Source of the DNA: Bacteroidota bacterium
Lineage (GTDB): Bacteria > Bacteroidota > Bacteroidia > JABEUT01
Assembly: GCA_021823405.1 (NCBI GenBank)
Contig: JAKAOA010000002.1
Coordinates: forward strand, 12,434 to 76,433
DNA length: 64,000 nucleotides
Reading direction: 5' to 3'
Shown: positions 30,192 through 41,034 of the stretch, piece by piece
How positions within the stretch are numbered: the first letter of the stretch is position 1
Layout: each line of letters begins with the position of its first letter
Program-made: the position numbers and the translations under genes
The notes under the pieces: generated by a model
The model's input: only the letters and a program-made list of their open reading frames with translations
What the model was told of the DNA's origin: nothing
The model's database searches: none

Positions 30192-31274
30192 TTATTTCTT
30201 TTCCTTACGGTAGATATCGAACTTGAGTGAGAAGATGTTGGAATATGGTGCAACAGCGGCGCCGCCGAGGTTAGTTAGCGTATAATCGAGATAGAATGAC
30301 TTGATTTTCAACCCAACTCCGAAATCAGGTTGAAAAGTGGTTACCGGTTGTCCCGTTGGGTCGGTGGTTTGCTGTATATTCCCTAAACCCATTCTTAAAA
30401 AGACGATGTTTCTGTATCCCACTTCAAATCCGCAATGGGGGTCAACGCTTACGGTATTGCTGGTTATCAGGGTATTTCTTAAACCATCGAAGGTTAGGTC
30501 AGCGTCCACCTCGGCGAGCAGAGATACTTTATTTTTGAAAAAGTGGAAATTCCTTCCCGCCCCAAGTAATAATCTGGGTAGTGTAATTTCCAGTCCGTTG
30601 GTAGGTATTATATTTCCTGTTTCCTGAAAAATCTGTTCTGTTGCCTGGTCAAGCGTGTAAGACCAAGCGTTGAATGTAGAGGTTACATCGCGTCCCACCG
30701 CCCCGAACTGCCAGTCCTTATACTGATACTGTCCGCCTACATCAAAGCCGAACCCCCAAGAACTGGCAAAGCTCCCCACTATGCTGTGAATAACCTTTAC
30801 ATTGGCGCCCAGCGATAATCCCGGTATCCCGAATTTGCGGGCGTAAGAGAAGAGAAATGCGTAGTCGGCTACAGAGAAGGATGTGATGTTGTTATAATTT
30901 ACATTGCCATTGGCGTCAATCAGTTGTGTGGTGTTCGGTATATTGTCCACCCCGAAACGAAGGAAGGTAACGCCAAAATTACTTACACTGTCTATCCGTG
31001 CTGCCAGCGCGGCATAGTCGTAAGCGCCTATGCCGGCAAAGAAATCGTCATGCATAAGAGATATTTCTATATTACCGGGCACACCTGTAAGTCCTGCGGG
31101 ATTCCAGTAGCCCGCAGTAACATCATTTACCGAAGCGGTAACTGAATTAGCCATGCCAAGCGCTCGGGCGCCAACGCCTATATCCATAAAATCGTTGCTG
31201 TAAACCGGGGCTATCTGCCCGAATACGGGAGCGATGGTTATAGATAAAGCGGCTGCAAGTATAATCCTTTTCAT
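30192..31274 (-). CDS. Outer-membrane beta-barrel protein, possibly PorV/PorQ (T9SS-associated) family
   Basis: Signal peptide. Gly/aromatic-rich beta strands. 360 aa. Family assignment is by resemblance only. Confidence 0.4.
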   Translation of the reverse strand: MKRIILAAALSITIAPVFGQIAPVYSNDFMDIGVGARALGMANSVTASVNDVTAGYWNPAGLTGVPGNIEISLMHDDFFAGIGAYDYAALAARIDSVSNFGVTFLRFGVDNIPNTTQLIDANGNVNYNNITSFSVADYAFLFSYARKFGIPGLSLGANVKVIHSIVGSFASSWGFGFDVGGQYQYKDWQFGAVGRDVTSTFNAWSYTLDQATEQIFQETGNIIPTNGLEITLPRLLLGAGRNFHFFKNKVSLLAEVDADLTFDGLRNTLITSNTVSVDPHCGFEVGYRNIVFLRMGLGNIQQTTDPTGQPVTTFQPDFGVGLKIKSFYLDYTLTNLGGAAVAPYSNIFSLKFDIYRKEKK

Positions 31275-31407
31275 GGTGGATTTTAAAGTCCGGATTTAGA
31301 AATGTGGGGTTGTGAAAGCTATATATTAACCTAATTATTAATGATTTATTGTTAAATCATTATTTTCTTAAATGAATAAAAGGGTATCTGCGCCTCTTTC
31401 GCCATAA

Positions 31408-32064
31408 TTAATGGAGTTTGGAACGAATCAAGCTGATAAACTCCTCGCGTGTCTTTTCATTATTCAGAAAACCGCCGGTAAACGCCGATGTTGTAGTAAC
31501 GGAGTTCTGTTTCTGAACGCCGCGCATCTGCATGCACAGGTGCTGCGCTTCTATCACTACTGCTACGCCAAAGGGCTGAAGCGTGTTCTGCAAGCAATCG
31601 CGTATCTGGTCAGTAAGGCGTTCCTGTAGCTGAAGGCGGCGCGCGAAAGCATCCACCACGCGTGGTATCTTACTTAATCCCACAACCTTACCATTAGGAA
31701 TATAGGCGATATGCGCTTTTCCGAAAAAGGGCAGAATATGGTGCTCGCAGAGGGAATAAATTTCAATGTCCTTTACTATAACCATCTGACTGTGTTTTTC
31801 GTTGAACATTGCAGAACGTATTATACTTTCGGGGTCGATGTTGTATCCATGGGTAAGGAACTGCAACGCCTTAGCTACCCTTTCGGGCGTTTTCTTCAAG
31901 CCGTCGCGTTCGGTGTTTTCACCTATCCCTTTCAGCATTTGGGTATATAGCCCGGCAAGGTGTTTGGTAAGGGTTTTATTGTATTTATCTATCTTTATAT
32001 AGCCATTCGGTTCATCTTCGTCGTCAACCATGATGCCCTGAAATGTTTTACTGTTTGTTTTCAT
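31408..32064 (-). CDS. folE: GTP cyclohydrolase I
   Basis: Conserved CEHH and C-terminal HMCMQMRGV motifs. Confidence 0.9.
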   Translation of the reverse strand: MKTNSKTFQGIMVDDEDEPNGYIKIDKYNKTLTKHLAGLYTQMLKGIGENTERDGLKKTPERVAKALQFLTHGYNIDPESIIRSAMFNEKHSQMVIVKDIEIYSLCEHHILPFFGKAHIAYIPNGKVVGLSKIPRVVDAFARRLQLQERLTDQIRDCLQNTLQPFGVAVVIEAQHLCMQMRGVQKQNSVTTTSAFTGGFLNNEKTREEFISLIRSKLH

Positions 32065-32479
32065 TTTCCTTTATGGTATGTACAATTGGTAGTGTCGTTT
32101 TCATAAAACCCCAAAGGTAGTAACAATTGTCACTCCCGGTATCTTTAAAGCGATGTTCAACAAGTTCTGTTTTTGGAGGAATTAATCAAAATTCAACTTT
32201 TTGCCCCTTCAAGAGGTGCAGAAGTTTTGGGTGAGGATTTTTTAAAGGCATACTATATTATTTCGTAATATTGCTTAATTGGACATTTTTATTTTTCAAT
32301 AAACTATAATTCTTAAATTATTCCTACCATTTGGTAATCAATGGATATGTAGTAGATATGAAGAAGATGGTGATACAACAAAAAACTAATGTCCCGGAAT
32401 TTTTTCTCTGACCGCTTTTTATGTTTCATGATTTCTTAATTAAGAAAGCAATCTGTCGTTACATCCCCTGAAGACCTTT

Positions 32480-33778
32480 ATGACAAAAAAACTTTGGCAA
32501 AAGGATACAGAACTCAATAAGTTGGTTGAACAGTTTACTGTCGGCAGCGATACTGAATTCGACCTGTTGCTTGCACCTTACGATGTACAGGCATCAAAAG
32601 CCCACGCAGCCATGCTTAATAAATGCGGCTTGCTGAACAAAGACGATTTGAAAAAACTACTTACAGCCCTTTTTGAAATTGAAACAGAGATAGAAAAAGG
32701 TAAGTTCAGGATTGAACAGGGAGTGGAAGATGTACACTCGCAAATTGAAATAGAGCTTACGGCAAAGGCAGGTGAGGCAGGGAAAAAGATACATATCGGC
32801 AGGTCGCGCAACGACCAGGTGCTTACCGCACTTAAACTATACCTGAAGGCAGAGTTAAGAGAGGTTACGGCAATGGTAGAGCAACTATTCAACCTTTATC
32901 TTGGATTAAGCGAGAAGCACAAGAAGATACTGTTACCGGGTTATACCCACTTGCAGATTGCCATGCCTTCGTCGTTCGGGTTATGGCTGGGGGCTTATGC
33001 CGAAAGTTTGTGCGATGATATGGAAATGATTGTGGCGGCATACCATACCGTAAACAAGAACCCTCTGGGCAGTGCGGCGGGTTATGGCTCCTCGTTCCCA
33101 ATCGACAGGGAGCTTACTACAAAACTTCTCGGCTTCGGGGGTATGAACGTAAACTCGGTATATGCCCAAATGACCAGAGGCAAGGCGGAAATGGCTGCTG
33201 CCGTCGCCATGTCAGCAATAGCCCGCACCCTCGCCAGATTCTCATACGACGTATGCCTCTATATGTCGCAAAACTTCGGCTTTATCTCCTTCCCCGAAGA
33301 GTTGACAACAGGCAGCAGCATTATGCCGCATAAAAAGAATCCCGATATTTTTGAACTTGTGAGAGCCAGATGCAACCTGATACAGGCGGCGCCTTACCGG
33401 CTTACCTTGCTTACATCCAACCTGCCGAGCGGGTACCACCGCGATATGCAGCTTACCAAAGAGACGCTGTTCCCGGCTATTGCCCAGCTGAAGGATTGTC
33501 TCGGCATAACTATTTATGCGTTGCCACAAATGATAGTGAATAAGGAGATACTGAAAGACAAACGATATGAGTATCTTTACAGTGTGGAAGCGGTGAACGA
33601 ACTTGTATCAAAAGGTATACCGTTCCGCGATGCGTATAGAAAAATCGGTTTGGACATTAAGAACGGGAAATTCTCACCGTCCGGCGGACTAAAACATACC
33701 CACACCGGAAGCGTCCACAACTTAGGAACGGACCTGATACGTAAGAACTTTAAAGAAACATTGAAGAAATTGGAGTAG
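32480..33778 (+). CDS. argH: Argininosuccinate lyase
   Basis: Fumarate-lyase signature GSSIMPHKKNPD. Confidence 0.9.
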   Translation: MTKKLWQKDTELNKLVEQFTVGSDTEFDLLLAPYDVQASKAHAAMLNKCGLLNKDDLKKLLTALFEIETEIEKGKFRIEQGVEDVHSQIEIELTAKAGEAGKKIHIGRSRNDQVLTALKLYLKAELREVTAMVEQLFNLYLGLSEKHKKILLPGYTHLQIAMPSSFGLWLGAYAESLCDDMEMIVAAYHTVNKNPLGSAAGYGSSFPIDRELTTKLLGFGGMNVNSVYAQMTRGKAEMAAAVAMSAIARTLARFSYDVCLYMSQNFGFISFPEELTTGSSIMPHKKNPDIFELVRARCNLIQAAPYRLTLLTSNLPSGYHRDMQLTKETLFPAIAQLKDCLGITIYALPQMIVNKEILKDKRYEYLYSVEAVNELVSKGIPFRDAYRKIGLDIKNGKFSPSGGLKHTHTGSVHNLGTDLIRKNFKETLKKLE

Positions 33779-33852
33779 AGATTATAATTACCTCAAAACA
33801 TTCACGTTCCGCCCGATGACTGACGAACCATAAGAAATTAATACAGAGGAGT

Positions 33853-34545
33853 ATGGGCATTAAACAGAGTATCCTTGTGGTAGAAGACGAGCCCAAGGTG
33901 GCGACTTTCATAAAAAAAGGGCTTGAAAAAAGTTCTTTTACCACAGAAGTCGCCAATGACGGAATGATGGGTAATAAAATGGCGTTAAAGAATAATTATC
34001 ATGCGATTATAGTAGATATTAACTTGCCGAAAATGAACGGCTATGATTTATGTAAATTAATAAGGCAGAAAAAACCGGAAGTGCCGATACTGATACTTAG
34101 CGCGCTGGATAGCATAGACGATAAACTTCTGGGATTCGACATCGGCGCAGATGATTATTTGGTAAAACCATTTGAATTCAGCGAGCTGCTTGCACGACTT
34201 AAATCTCTGCTGAAACGCGTGTCGGGTGTAGTCAGGGGCGCCAATTCGATAAATATAGCCGACCTTGCAATTGACAGCGAAAGGAAAGAGGTGAAACGCA
34301 TGAATAACAGAATAGACCTTTCCGCCAAAGAGTATTATTTGCTGGAATATTTGGCTAAAAATGCAGGCAAGGTTATTTCGCGCGCCGAACTGGCTGAAAA
34401 GATTTGGGGTATCAGCTTCGACAGCGGCACAAATGTAATTGATGTTTATATTAATTTCTTGCGTAAAAAAATAGACAAGGATTACGAAAAAAAACTGATA
34501 CATACTTACATTGGTATTGGCTATACGCTAAAAGAGGATGTGTAA
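33853..34545 (+). CDS. OmpR-family two-component response regulator
   Basis: Receiver domain (DD...D...K). C-terminal winged-helix DNA-binding domain. Confidence 0.85.
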   Translation: MGIKQSILVVEDEPKVATFIKKGLEKSSFTTEVANDGMMGNKMALKNNYHAIIVDINLPKMNGYDLCKLIRQKKPEVPILILSALDSIDDKLLGFDIGADDYLVKPFEFSELLARLKSLLKRVSGVVRGANSINIADLAIDSERKEVKRMNNRIDLSAKEYYLLEYLAKNAGKVISRAELAEKIWGISFDSGTNVIDVYINFLRKKIDKDYEKKLIHTYIGIGYTLKEDV

Positions 34546-35918
34546 TGCAGATACGGACCAAATTCGCGCTGCTGTTCATATTAATAGCGACATCCATCGT
34601 AGTTACCTTCTCCGTTATAATCTATTACCTATCCTATAACGACCAGGAAAAGGAATTTTATAGTCGCTTAAGGGCGCATGCTCTTACTACAGCTAAACTT
34701 TATTCAAAAGATGTTAAAGAAATAAACTCGAAATTACTTAAAGTTATTGATAAAAATAGCGTGAATTCCTTCCCCGAGGAGAAGATAGTGGTTTATAATA
34801 TTTTGGGCATGAAAGTATATAGCAGCCCGGACGACAGCGCCATCACCTTTCTGCCGCCCGAACTGCTTAGTAAAATTAAATTGAACTCGGAAATACGCTT
34901 CAAACAAAACGGTAATGCTGTAATTGGACTTCTCTACAAAAGCAAAGATGACCGGTTAATTGTTATGGCATCGGGATTTAATAAGTACGGTGAAGACAGT
35001 TTGTCATTCTTGTCCAAAACACTAATCCTTAGCTGCATTATAACCATTAATATCATCGGACTGATTGGCTTCTTTTTTTCTAAACAGGCGTTAAAGCCAT
35101 TAAAAGAAATGGTGTCGCAGGTTGAAAATATATCGGCAACCAACTTGAACACCCGTGTAAGAATGGGGAACAAGACAGATGAAATTGCACGGCTCGCCAC
35201 AAACTTCAATCAGATGCTTACCCGCATAGAACAAGCGTTCGAGATGCAAAAAAGTTTTGTTTCCAATGCGGCGCACGAATTAAGAACCCCGCTTACAGCC
35301 ATGACAGGTCAGCTGGAAGTAGCCCTGCTAAGCGATAACAACGCTAAGGAATACAAGGAAATCATGTCTTCGGTTCTGGATGATGTAAGAGAACTTAATA
35401 ACCTCACAAATGGTTTGATAGAGCTGAACAGGGCAAGTATGGACGCCTCTAACTTCAGAAAACAAGGCATCAGGGTAGATGAGTTATTGTGGCAATCGAG
35501 GAGCGACTTATTGAAACGTCATCCGGAATACAAGGTTTTTATAAGTATCGGCTCCTTTCCAGACGATGAGAAGAAACTAACCATACAGGGCAGCCCGTTC
35601 CTTAAAACGGCTATTCTCAACCTAATGGATAATGGCTGCAAGTTCTCTGCCGATAAACAGGTTAATGTAACTTTTGATGTAACCGATGAACGGATGAAAT
35701 TGGTGTTCGCCGATAAGGGCGTTGGCATACCTGAAGAAGATTTAATAAATATTTTCCAGCCGTTCTACCGGGCAAGCAATGTTCAGAATTTTGGCGGATA
35801 CGGCATCGGCCTGCCATTAACCTATAAGATTATACAACTTCATAAAGGAACGATGAAAATTGCCTCCGAGGTTAATTCATTTACCGAAGTAACCATTACA
35901 CTTCCTGCCTTTACTTAA
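34545..35918 (+). CDS. Sensor histidine kinase (two TM segments, HAMP, HisKA H-box NAAHELRTPLT, HATPase)
   Basis: H-box and G-boxes present. Start overlaps the regulator stop (ATGTAATG). Confidence 0.85.
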   Translation: MQIRTKFALLFILIATSIVVTFSVIIYYLSYNDQEKEFYSRLRAHALTTAKLYSKDVKEINSKLLKVIDKNSVNSFPEEKIVVYNILGMKVYSSPDDSAITFLPPELLSKIKLNSEIRFKQNGNAVIGLLYKSKDDRLIVMASGFNKYGEDSLSFLSKTLILSCIITINIIGLIGFFFSKQALKPLKEMVSQVENISATNLNTRVRMGNKTDEIARLATNFNQMLTRIEQAFEMQKSFVSNAAHELRTPLTAMTGQLEVALLSDNNAKEYKEIMSSVLDDVRELNNLTNGLIELNRASMDASNFRKQGIRVDELLWQSRSDLLKRHPEYKVFISIGSFPDDEKKLTIQGSPFLKTAILNLMDNGCKFSADKQVNVTFDVTDERMKLVFADKGVGIPEEDLINIFQPFYRASNVQNFGGYGIGLPLTYKIIQLHKGTMKIASEVNSFTEVTITLPAFT

Positions 35919-35980
35919 ATAAGAAACGGCGCCCATCTTACAATGAACGCCGTTGTGATGATAGGAATGGACTACCCCCT

Positions 35981-36289
35981 TTACTTCTGGCTTGCTGCCT
36001 TGTCCTTACTTAAATCCTTTTTATCCGCCTTTACGTCGCTATTGTCCTTTTGAACGTTCTTTTCCGCGGCAACGGCCTGATTGGGATGTCCGTTCTTCTC
36101 ATCCTTATCTCTTTGCGCCTTATCTGCTGCCATCTTATCTTCCGCCTGGTTAAGATTATGTTGGTCTTGCTTTACTGCAGTGCCGTTTCCGGTTTGGGCG
36201 CCGGTATTACTCTGGGCGTTCGCAATAGTTGGAGTTAAAGCGATAACTGCGATAACTGCACCTGCGGCAATAAACTTTTCGATTTTCAT
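35981..36289 (-). CDS. Small secreted Lys/Asp/Gln-rich low-complexity protein
   Basis: Signal peptide MKIEKFIAAGAVIAVIALTPTIANA followed by a KD-rich tail. Confidence 0.4.
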   Translation of the reverse strand: MKIEKFIAAGAVIAVIALTPTIANAQSNTGAQTGNGTAVKQDQHNLNQAEDKMAADKAQRDKDEKNGHPNQAVAAEKNVQKDNSDVKADKKDLSKDKAASQK

Positions 36290-36378
36290 AATTGTTAATA
36301 TTAATTGGTTATTATGATGCGAAATTAAATCGGCAAGGGTATGATAAAATTAAAGCCGTATTAAAATTGGTATTTTAA

Positions 36379-37410
36379 CTATTTAACAGCTATAACAAGG
36401 TATCTGCTCTCACTCCAGAAGGAGCCCTTGTTTCCAATGTAAAGGGTATCACCCGAATCATTTCCTCTAATTTTATAAGAAGCGGGAGGGTGAATGGTGA
36501 ACAATTTCTTATACCTTGCCCCTAGCGGCAGCATGTTTATGTTATTCAGGTCTGTTTTAATGAACGCGGTTTTATCAAGCCCTGACTTTAACTGTATATT
36601 TCTTCCAATGCCTACCACGCCTGCGTTACCGGTAATAACGCCTTTATCTTTTAAATATTTCAGCGTTCCTATTATGTAATATACCGTATTTATATTATTG
36701 GTTAAAGATTTTATTGTCTTGCTCTCATCGCGCAACAGGGCTATGCTGTCATTAAACTGTTCGGTAATCTCTTCGTAAGCGGCGTTTATTTTGGTTAACC
36801 TGTTCTGCAACGCGCTTATTTCTGCATCCTGTTCATTAATCTGGTGCTTCAGGTTCTTTACCATGGCTTCGAAGCCGGTAATCGCCATGGTGCTTTTCTT
36901 AAGCGACACCTGCAGATTATTGAACTCCCGGTGATTTTTGATTATCAGGTTATCTATCGCCTTTATGTCGACAATCGGATTGTAACTGGTTTTATTTTCC
37001 CCATTAAGGGTTATTACATGCTCCCTCGACTTAATCTGCTCCAGGGTTTCCTGTATTTTATTGAACGAGTTTACATAGCTCCTAATGGCTGAATCATCCT
37101 GCTGTGTTTGCATTATAATTGTGGAATCCTGAATATGCAGCGCCTGGTATTTCTTTAAAAGCGAATCGTTATTACATCCGGTAAATAAAATCCAAACGAA
37201 AAATATTAAACCTAAATATTGAAGCCATACTCTAAGGGTAACTTCCGTTGTTTTTATACTGCCCGTAAGTGATTTTGCGAAAAGAATATACCTGTACAAG
37301 CAATTATACCAATGCTTTGCATCTTTGAATTTTAACAACCCTATAGCTATCGGGTTCAACTGCGGTCGATAAAATTTATCAGGAAGTAAAATTTTACGCA
37401 TTTGATTCAA
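36379..37410 (-). CDS. Hypothetical coiled-coil lipoprotein. The lipobox LFTGC is about 70 aa into the track ORF, so the true start is uncertain. The 5' end overlaps the MITE-like repeat.
   Basis: Internal signal-peptide-like segment LQYLGLIFFVWILFTGC. Long heptad-like Q/E/K-rich region. Confidence 0.45.
   Translation of the reverse strand: MNQMRKILLPDKFYRPQLNPIAIGLLKFKDAKHWYNCLYRYILFAKSLTGSIKTTEVTLRVWLQYLGLIFFVWILFTGCNNDSLLKKYQALHIQDSTIIMQTQQDDSAIRSYVNSFNKIQETLEQIKSREHVITLNGENKTSYNPIVDIKAIDNLIIKNHREFNNLQVSLKKSTMAITGFEAMVKNLKHQINEQDAEISALQNRLTKINAAYEEITEQFNDSIALLRDESKTIKSLTNNINTVYYIIGTLKYLKDKGVITGNAGVVGIGRNIQLKSGLDKTAFIKTDLNNINMLPLGARYKKLFTIHPPASYKIRGNDSGDTLYIGNKGSFWSESRYLVIAVK
37253..37360. 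repeat. MITE/REP-like small repeat, copy 2. Shares 26-bp and 21-bp termini with 24758-24886.
   Basis: Identical CTGCCCGTAAGTGATTTTGCGA and ATAGCTATCGGGTTCAA ends. Confidence 0.6.
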
Positions 37411-37659
37411 TTCCAGGGTATAATTTTATTAAATTGTGACACGGCATTATACCTATAAATATCTCATAATAGGTTATCATTTGCCGGGAATGCAATGCAC
37501 ATATCCATTTTCCCAATGTATAAAATATCCTACAGGCAAAGATTAAAATCGGATTAAAATGATGCTTGCCTTCTTAATTTGCTTCTACATCCGATAGAGA
37601 AACATCAGTAAAACGATACGTTCAGTATGCAACCGTACAGCCGGTTCTACAAAAGTGAA

Positions 37660-38418
37660 TCAGGTACCTACCCGCTTCCCGAACAACTCATTCACTTTTC
37701 TGTCGTAATCGGGGTTCACCGTGCCGAAGACAACATCCCAGACACGGGTATAAAAACCGTAATTGCCTTTAAAATATTTGTGGTGCATGTTATGGCTTAC
37801 CGACGTGTTGAGCCATTTGCCCGCACTGCTTTTTATGAGCCATTCCGGGTATATTTCGTATCCCAGGTGTCCGTAAACATTTATAACGGTGCTTATCACA
37901 AAAAAGATTAGCACGGCAAAACGGTTCATGGGCATTATAAAAACAAGCACGGGTAATATGCCTGCCTCCACCAGCGCCTCAAGAGGATGAAAAGCGAAGG
38001 CAGCCCATGGCGAGGGGTTGGTTGACAGATGATGCACCCGATGAAATATCTTGAAGATACGCGGATGGTGCATAAACCGGTGCGTCCAGTAGAAATAAAA
38101 ATCGTGAACGATAAGCGCAAAAACAATGCTTGCGGCGAAATAGATCCAACCATAATCGCTGATGCGGTCATACATCAGCGTATATTTCTTTACCGGAGAC
38201 CGGAGAATAATAAACACATAGAGAGCAATAAATACAAATGTGAGGATGGAGTAACCTATCTCGCGCAGGTAATCCTTCTTTTGCGGAAAGTCGCTCTGTA
38301 GCCGAAGTTTCAGAAACCTTACCGGCTTAATAATATAAAAAATAAAAAAGAACCCGCCGGCTATTGCAACATACCTCAACAGGAGTATAAGGTAGGCGTA
38401 TAAAAAGAATTTACCCAT
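37660..38418 (-). CDS. Sterol desaturase / fatty-acid hydroxylase superfamily membrane enzyme
   Basis: Three His boxes (HRFMHH, HRVHH, HNMHH) in a polytopic membrane protein. Confidence 0.8.
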   Translation of the reverse strand: MGKFFLYAYLILLLRYVAIAGGFFFIFYIIKPVRFLKLRLQSDFPQKKDYLREIGYSILTFVFIALYVFIILRSPVKKYTLMYDRISDYGWIYFAASIVFALIVHDFYFYWTHRFMHHPRIFKIFHRVHHLSTNPSPWAAFAFHPLEALVEAGILPVLVFIMPMNRFAVLIFFVISTVINVYGHLGYEIYPEWLIKSSAGKWLNTSVSHNMHHKYFKGNYGFYTRVWDVVFGTVNPDYDRKVNELFGKRVGT

Positions 38419-38419
38419 T

Positions 38420-40753
38420 TCAGAAGGTCATCCCCACGCTTAGTGAGGGCATGATAGGAAGCTGGTACACCACCTGGTCGGCAATACGGTTAATGTAGAA
38501 TATATTTTTGGTATTCATTACATTTATTACGCTTAAATTAAAATGCAGCCCTACGCTTTGCGAAATCTGATACGACTTGTCAACTCCCACGTCAAGCCGC
38601 GAATAGTCAGGTAACCTCTGGCTGTCGAAACCGCTATATACAATACCGAGGTTGCCGTTTGAAGTGGTATAATTGGTTGTAATGTTATTAAACGGAACCA
38701 TCGGATAATAGCCCTGGGTAGGGGTAAAGGGAAATCCGGAGCCATAGTTATACCGAACATCGAACATCCAGCTTAGGTCTTTACCCGCCTTATATGAAAC
38801 AACTACATTCACATTATTCCTCCGGTCGAAAGGTGGCGGGAATGAATAGGTGCCCGACCAATAATTAACGTAGCCAAGTGAATAGACCGTGTAAATCATA
38901 ATACGCTTGTAGTTATACTTGATACTCATATCGGCACCGTATGCCTTGCCCGACTGAATAAGAAAGGGCTTCGACAAAGTGTCAGGTACACCGGGCGTTC
39001 CTTCGGCATAAATCTGATTATAATTCAGGGTGGTGGTCTGCAAAAAATCTTTGTAATATGCCTGCATATCCATCTGAATATATGGAGAGGGGTCGTATTC
39101 AAACCCCGCCGTAAGGTGATAGGCGCGCTGAAGGGGGTTGTTCACCGTAAATTGTGCGCCGTTCTGCTGGGTAAAGGTTGAAGGCGTTTCGGAGGTTGGC
39201 GGACAGGTAAGCTGGGCATAAAACAGGTCAACCACCTCTTGCTCGTTAATCGCGGCTAACAGGTTTTGGGAATATAATCCGGCAGCGCCCTTGAACCTGA
39301 ATTTTGAGGTAAAATTATACTTCATGTCAAAACGAGGTTCGGGAGAAAATTCGCCGAGAGAGCCATAATACTGCATCCTGAAACCGGGTTCCAGTATCAG
39401 CTTCTTGTTGTCACTTGTAAACTTCATCTTCACGTAGCCGTTTATCTCCTGCGAGTTGTATATCTCCGATATGTAGAGGTTTTCGGCATTCGTAAAATCA
39501 TAATGGGTTGTGGTGCTCGAAAGTTCAAAACCATACATCAGGTCGATATTGCCAAGAAATTGCGTGAATTTCAAACCCATACTGAAAGTGCCTATGGAGC
39601 TTGTATCGCCGCCCTGCTGGTAAATTTTATAGTTGGAATAATCAATATTGCCTTCCATAAGCGAGGTAGTGGACGCAGGTACAAGGATGAAGTTAGCGCC
39701 TAATCCGGCTTGGTTCCATCCGCCTATGTAAAGGTTCGGATAATCCACATTATCGTTATAGTTAAATCCGAAGAAATTAATTTTACTTCCGTTGGCGGTA
39801 TTGATTGAAACTTTGCCATAGTAGTCGGAATAGTTGAATGGTATGCCATGCCCTGAATCAACCCATGGGAAGAGTGTTTTTGATGTTTGCTCGAGGTAGG
39901 AGTTCTTCGCGGAGATAATGAATGAGGCAGATGCTTTATTGGGGTCGTCATCGGAATTTTTCGCAATTGGTCCTTCTACCAATGCATGTGCGCCGAATGG
40001 GCTTGCGTCAACCTCGCCCGTAACTTCTTTTTTATTGCCGTCGCGCGTGTGTATGTCCATTATGGAGGAAATCCTGTCGCCGAATTCGGCATTGAAACCG
40101 CCTGCATATACGGTGGCATCGCTTATTATATCGCCATCAAACACCGAGAACAATCCAATGGAATGAAACGGCTCAAAAATGGTCATTCCGTCGAGCAGCA
40201 CCTTATTCTGCACCGGCTGCCCGCCTTCTATATATATTTGACCGCCCTGGTCGCCCGTTGATACCACTCCGGGCAGTATCTGCAAATATTGCGCTATTTC
40301 GGGCTGTCCGCCTATGGTGGGTATCTGCTCCATATCCTTAGGCGTTATTACATAAGTGGAGACCTGTGTTTCGGTCTGGCGCGCCTGTTGTTGGGCGGAG
40401 ATGTGCACCTCCTTCAGGTTTATTCCCGATTCTTTCAGATATAGTTTGCGCGCTATGATCTGCCCCTTGCCTACTGTAACATCCTCTGAAAGAGTGTCGT
40501 AGCCCATGCTGGTTATCATTATTGTGTAGTTGCCCGGCGGCAGATGGGTTATTGAATAGTAGCCGTTCACGTCGGTAACCGAACCGTAGGTAGTTCCTTT
40601 CAGGAATACGGTGGTGAAGAGCGACGGCTCGCCCGTTTTTTTAAGATAGACGAAGCCCCTGATGGTTCCGGTCTGTGCGTAACCGGTTGCAGATAATAGG
40701 GTTATGCCAAGGGTTAAAACTAGTATGGAATTTAAAATTCTAAATTTATTCAT
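38420..40753 (-). CDS. TonB-dependent outer-membrane receptor with N-terminal carboxypeptidase-regulatory-like domain
   Basis: Signal peptide. CarbopepD_reg-like N-terminus. Plug and 22-strand barrel length. C-terminal aromatic residue (..SLSVGMTF). Confidence 0.8.
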   Translation of the reverse strand: MNKFRILNSILVLTLGITLLSATGYAQTGTIRGFVYLKKTGEPSLFTTVFLKGTTYGSVTDVNGYYSITHLPPGNYTIMITSMGYDTLSEDVTVGKGQIIARKLYLKESGINLKEVHISAQQQARQTETQVSTYVITPKDMEQIPTIGGQPEIAQYLQILPGVVSTGDQGGQIYIEGGQPVQNKVLLDGMTIFEPFHSIGLFSVFDGDIISDATVYAGGFNAEFGDRISSIMDIHTRDGNKKEVTGEVDASPFGAHALVEGPIAKNSDDDPNKASASFIISAKNSYLEQTSKTLFPWVDSGHGIPFNYSDYYGKVSINTANGSKINFFGFNYNDNVDYPNLYIGGWNQAGLGANFILVPASTTSLMEGNIDYSNYKIYQQGGDTSSIGTFSMGLKFTQFLGNIDLMYGFELSSTTTHYDFTNAENLYISEIYNSQEINGYVKMKFTSDNKKLILEPGFRMQYYGSLGEFSPEPRFDMKYNFTSKFRFKGAAGLYSQNLLAAINEQEVVDLFYAQLTCPPTSETPSTFTQQNGAQFTVNNPLQRAYHLTAGFEYDPSPYIQMDMQAYYKDFLQTTTLNYNQIYAEGTPGVPDTLSKPFLIQSGKAYGADMSIKYNYKRIMIYTVYSLGYVNYWSGTYSFPPPFDRRNNVNVVVSYKAGKDLSWMFDVRYNYGSGFPFTPTQGYYPMVPFNNITTNYTTSNGNLGIVYSGFDSQRLPDYSRLDVGVDKSYQISQSVGLHFNLSVINVMNTKNIFYINRIADQVVYQLPIMPSLSVGMTF

Positions 40754-41034
40754 CAGCCCTCAATATCTTATATGATGTAAAAAGGCGGTAAAGATAACAA
40801 ATCTACTTATGGCAAGTAACCATTGCTTTTCGTGGATTCAGTTTGCGACTTACCCGGTCGCTCTTTAGCGCCTTAATTTTTTAGGCAGCTCATTTTAAAA
40901 ATTATTTAAATTTGGATTTTCAATAGTCGGAAAACTATACCACTACCCGGCTATATAGCTCTCAATAGGGTAATGTGTATTCAATAAATCAATCCGGAAA
41001 TTAACCGTTCCCGATAAATTTCAACATTCTATTT

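Noticed and set aside
40754-41034. Riboswitch upstream of the TonB-dependent receptor
   Set aside because: No B12-box, TPP or other conserved riboswitch core could be recognised by eye.
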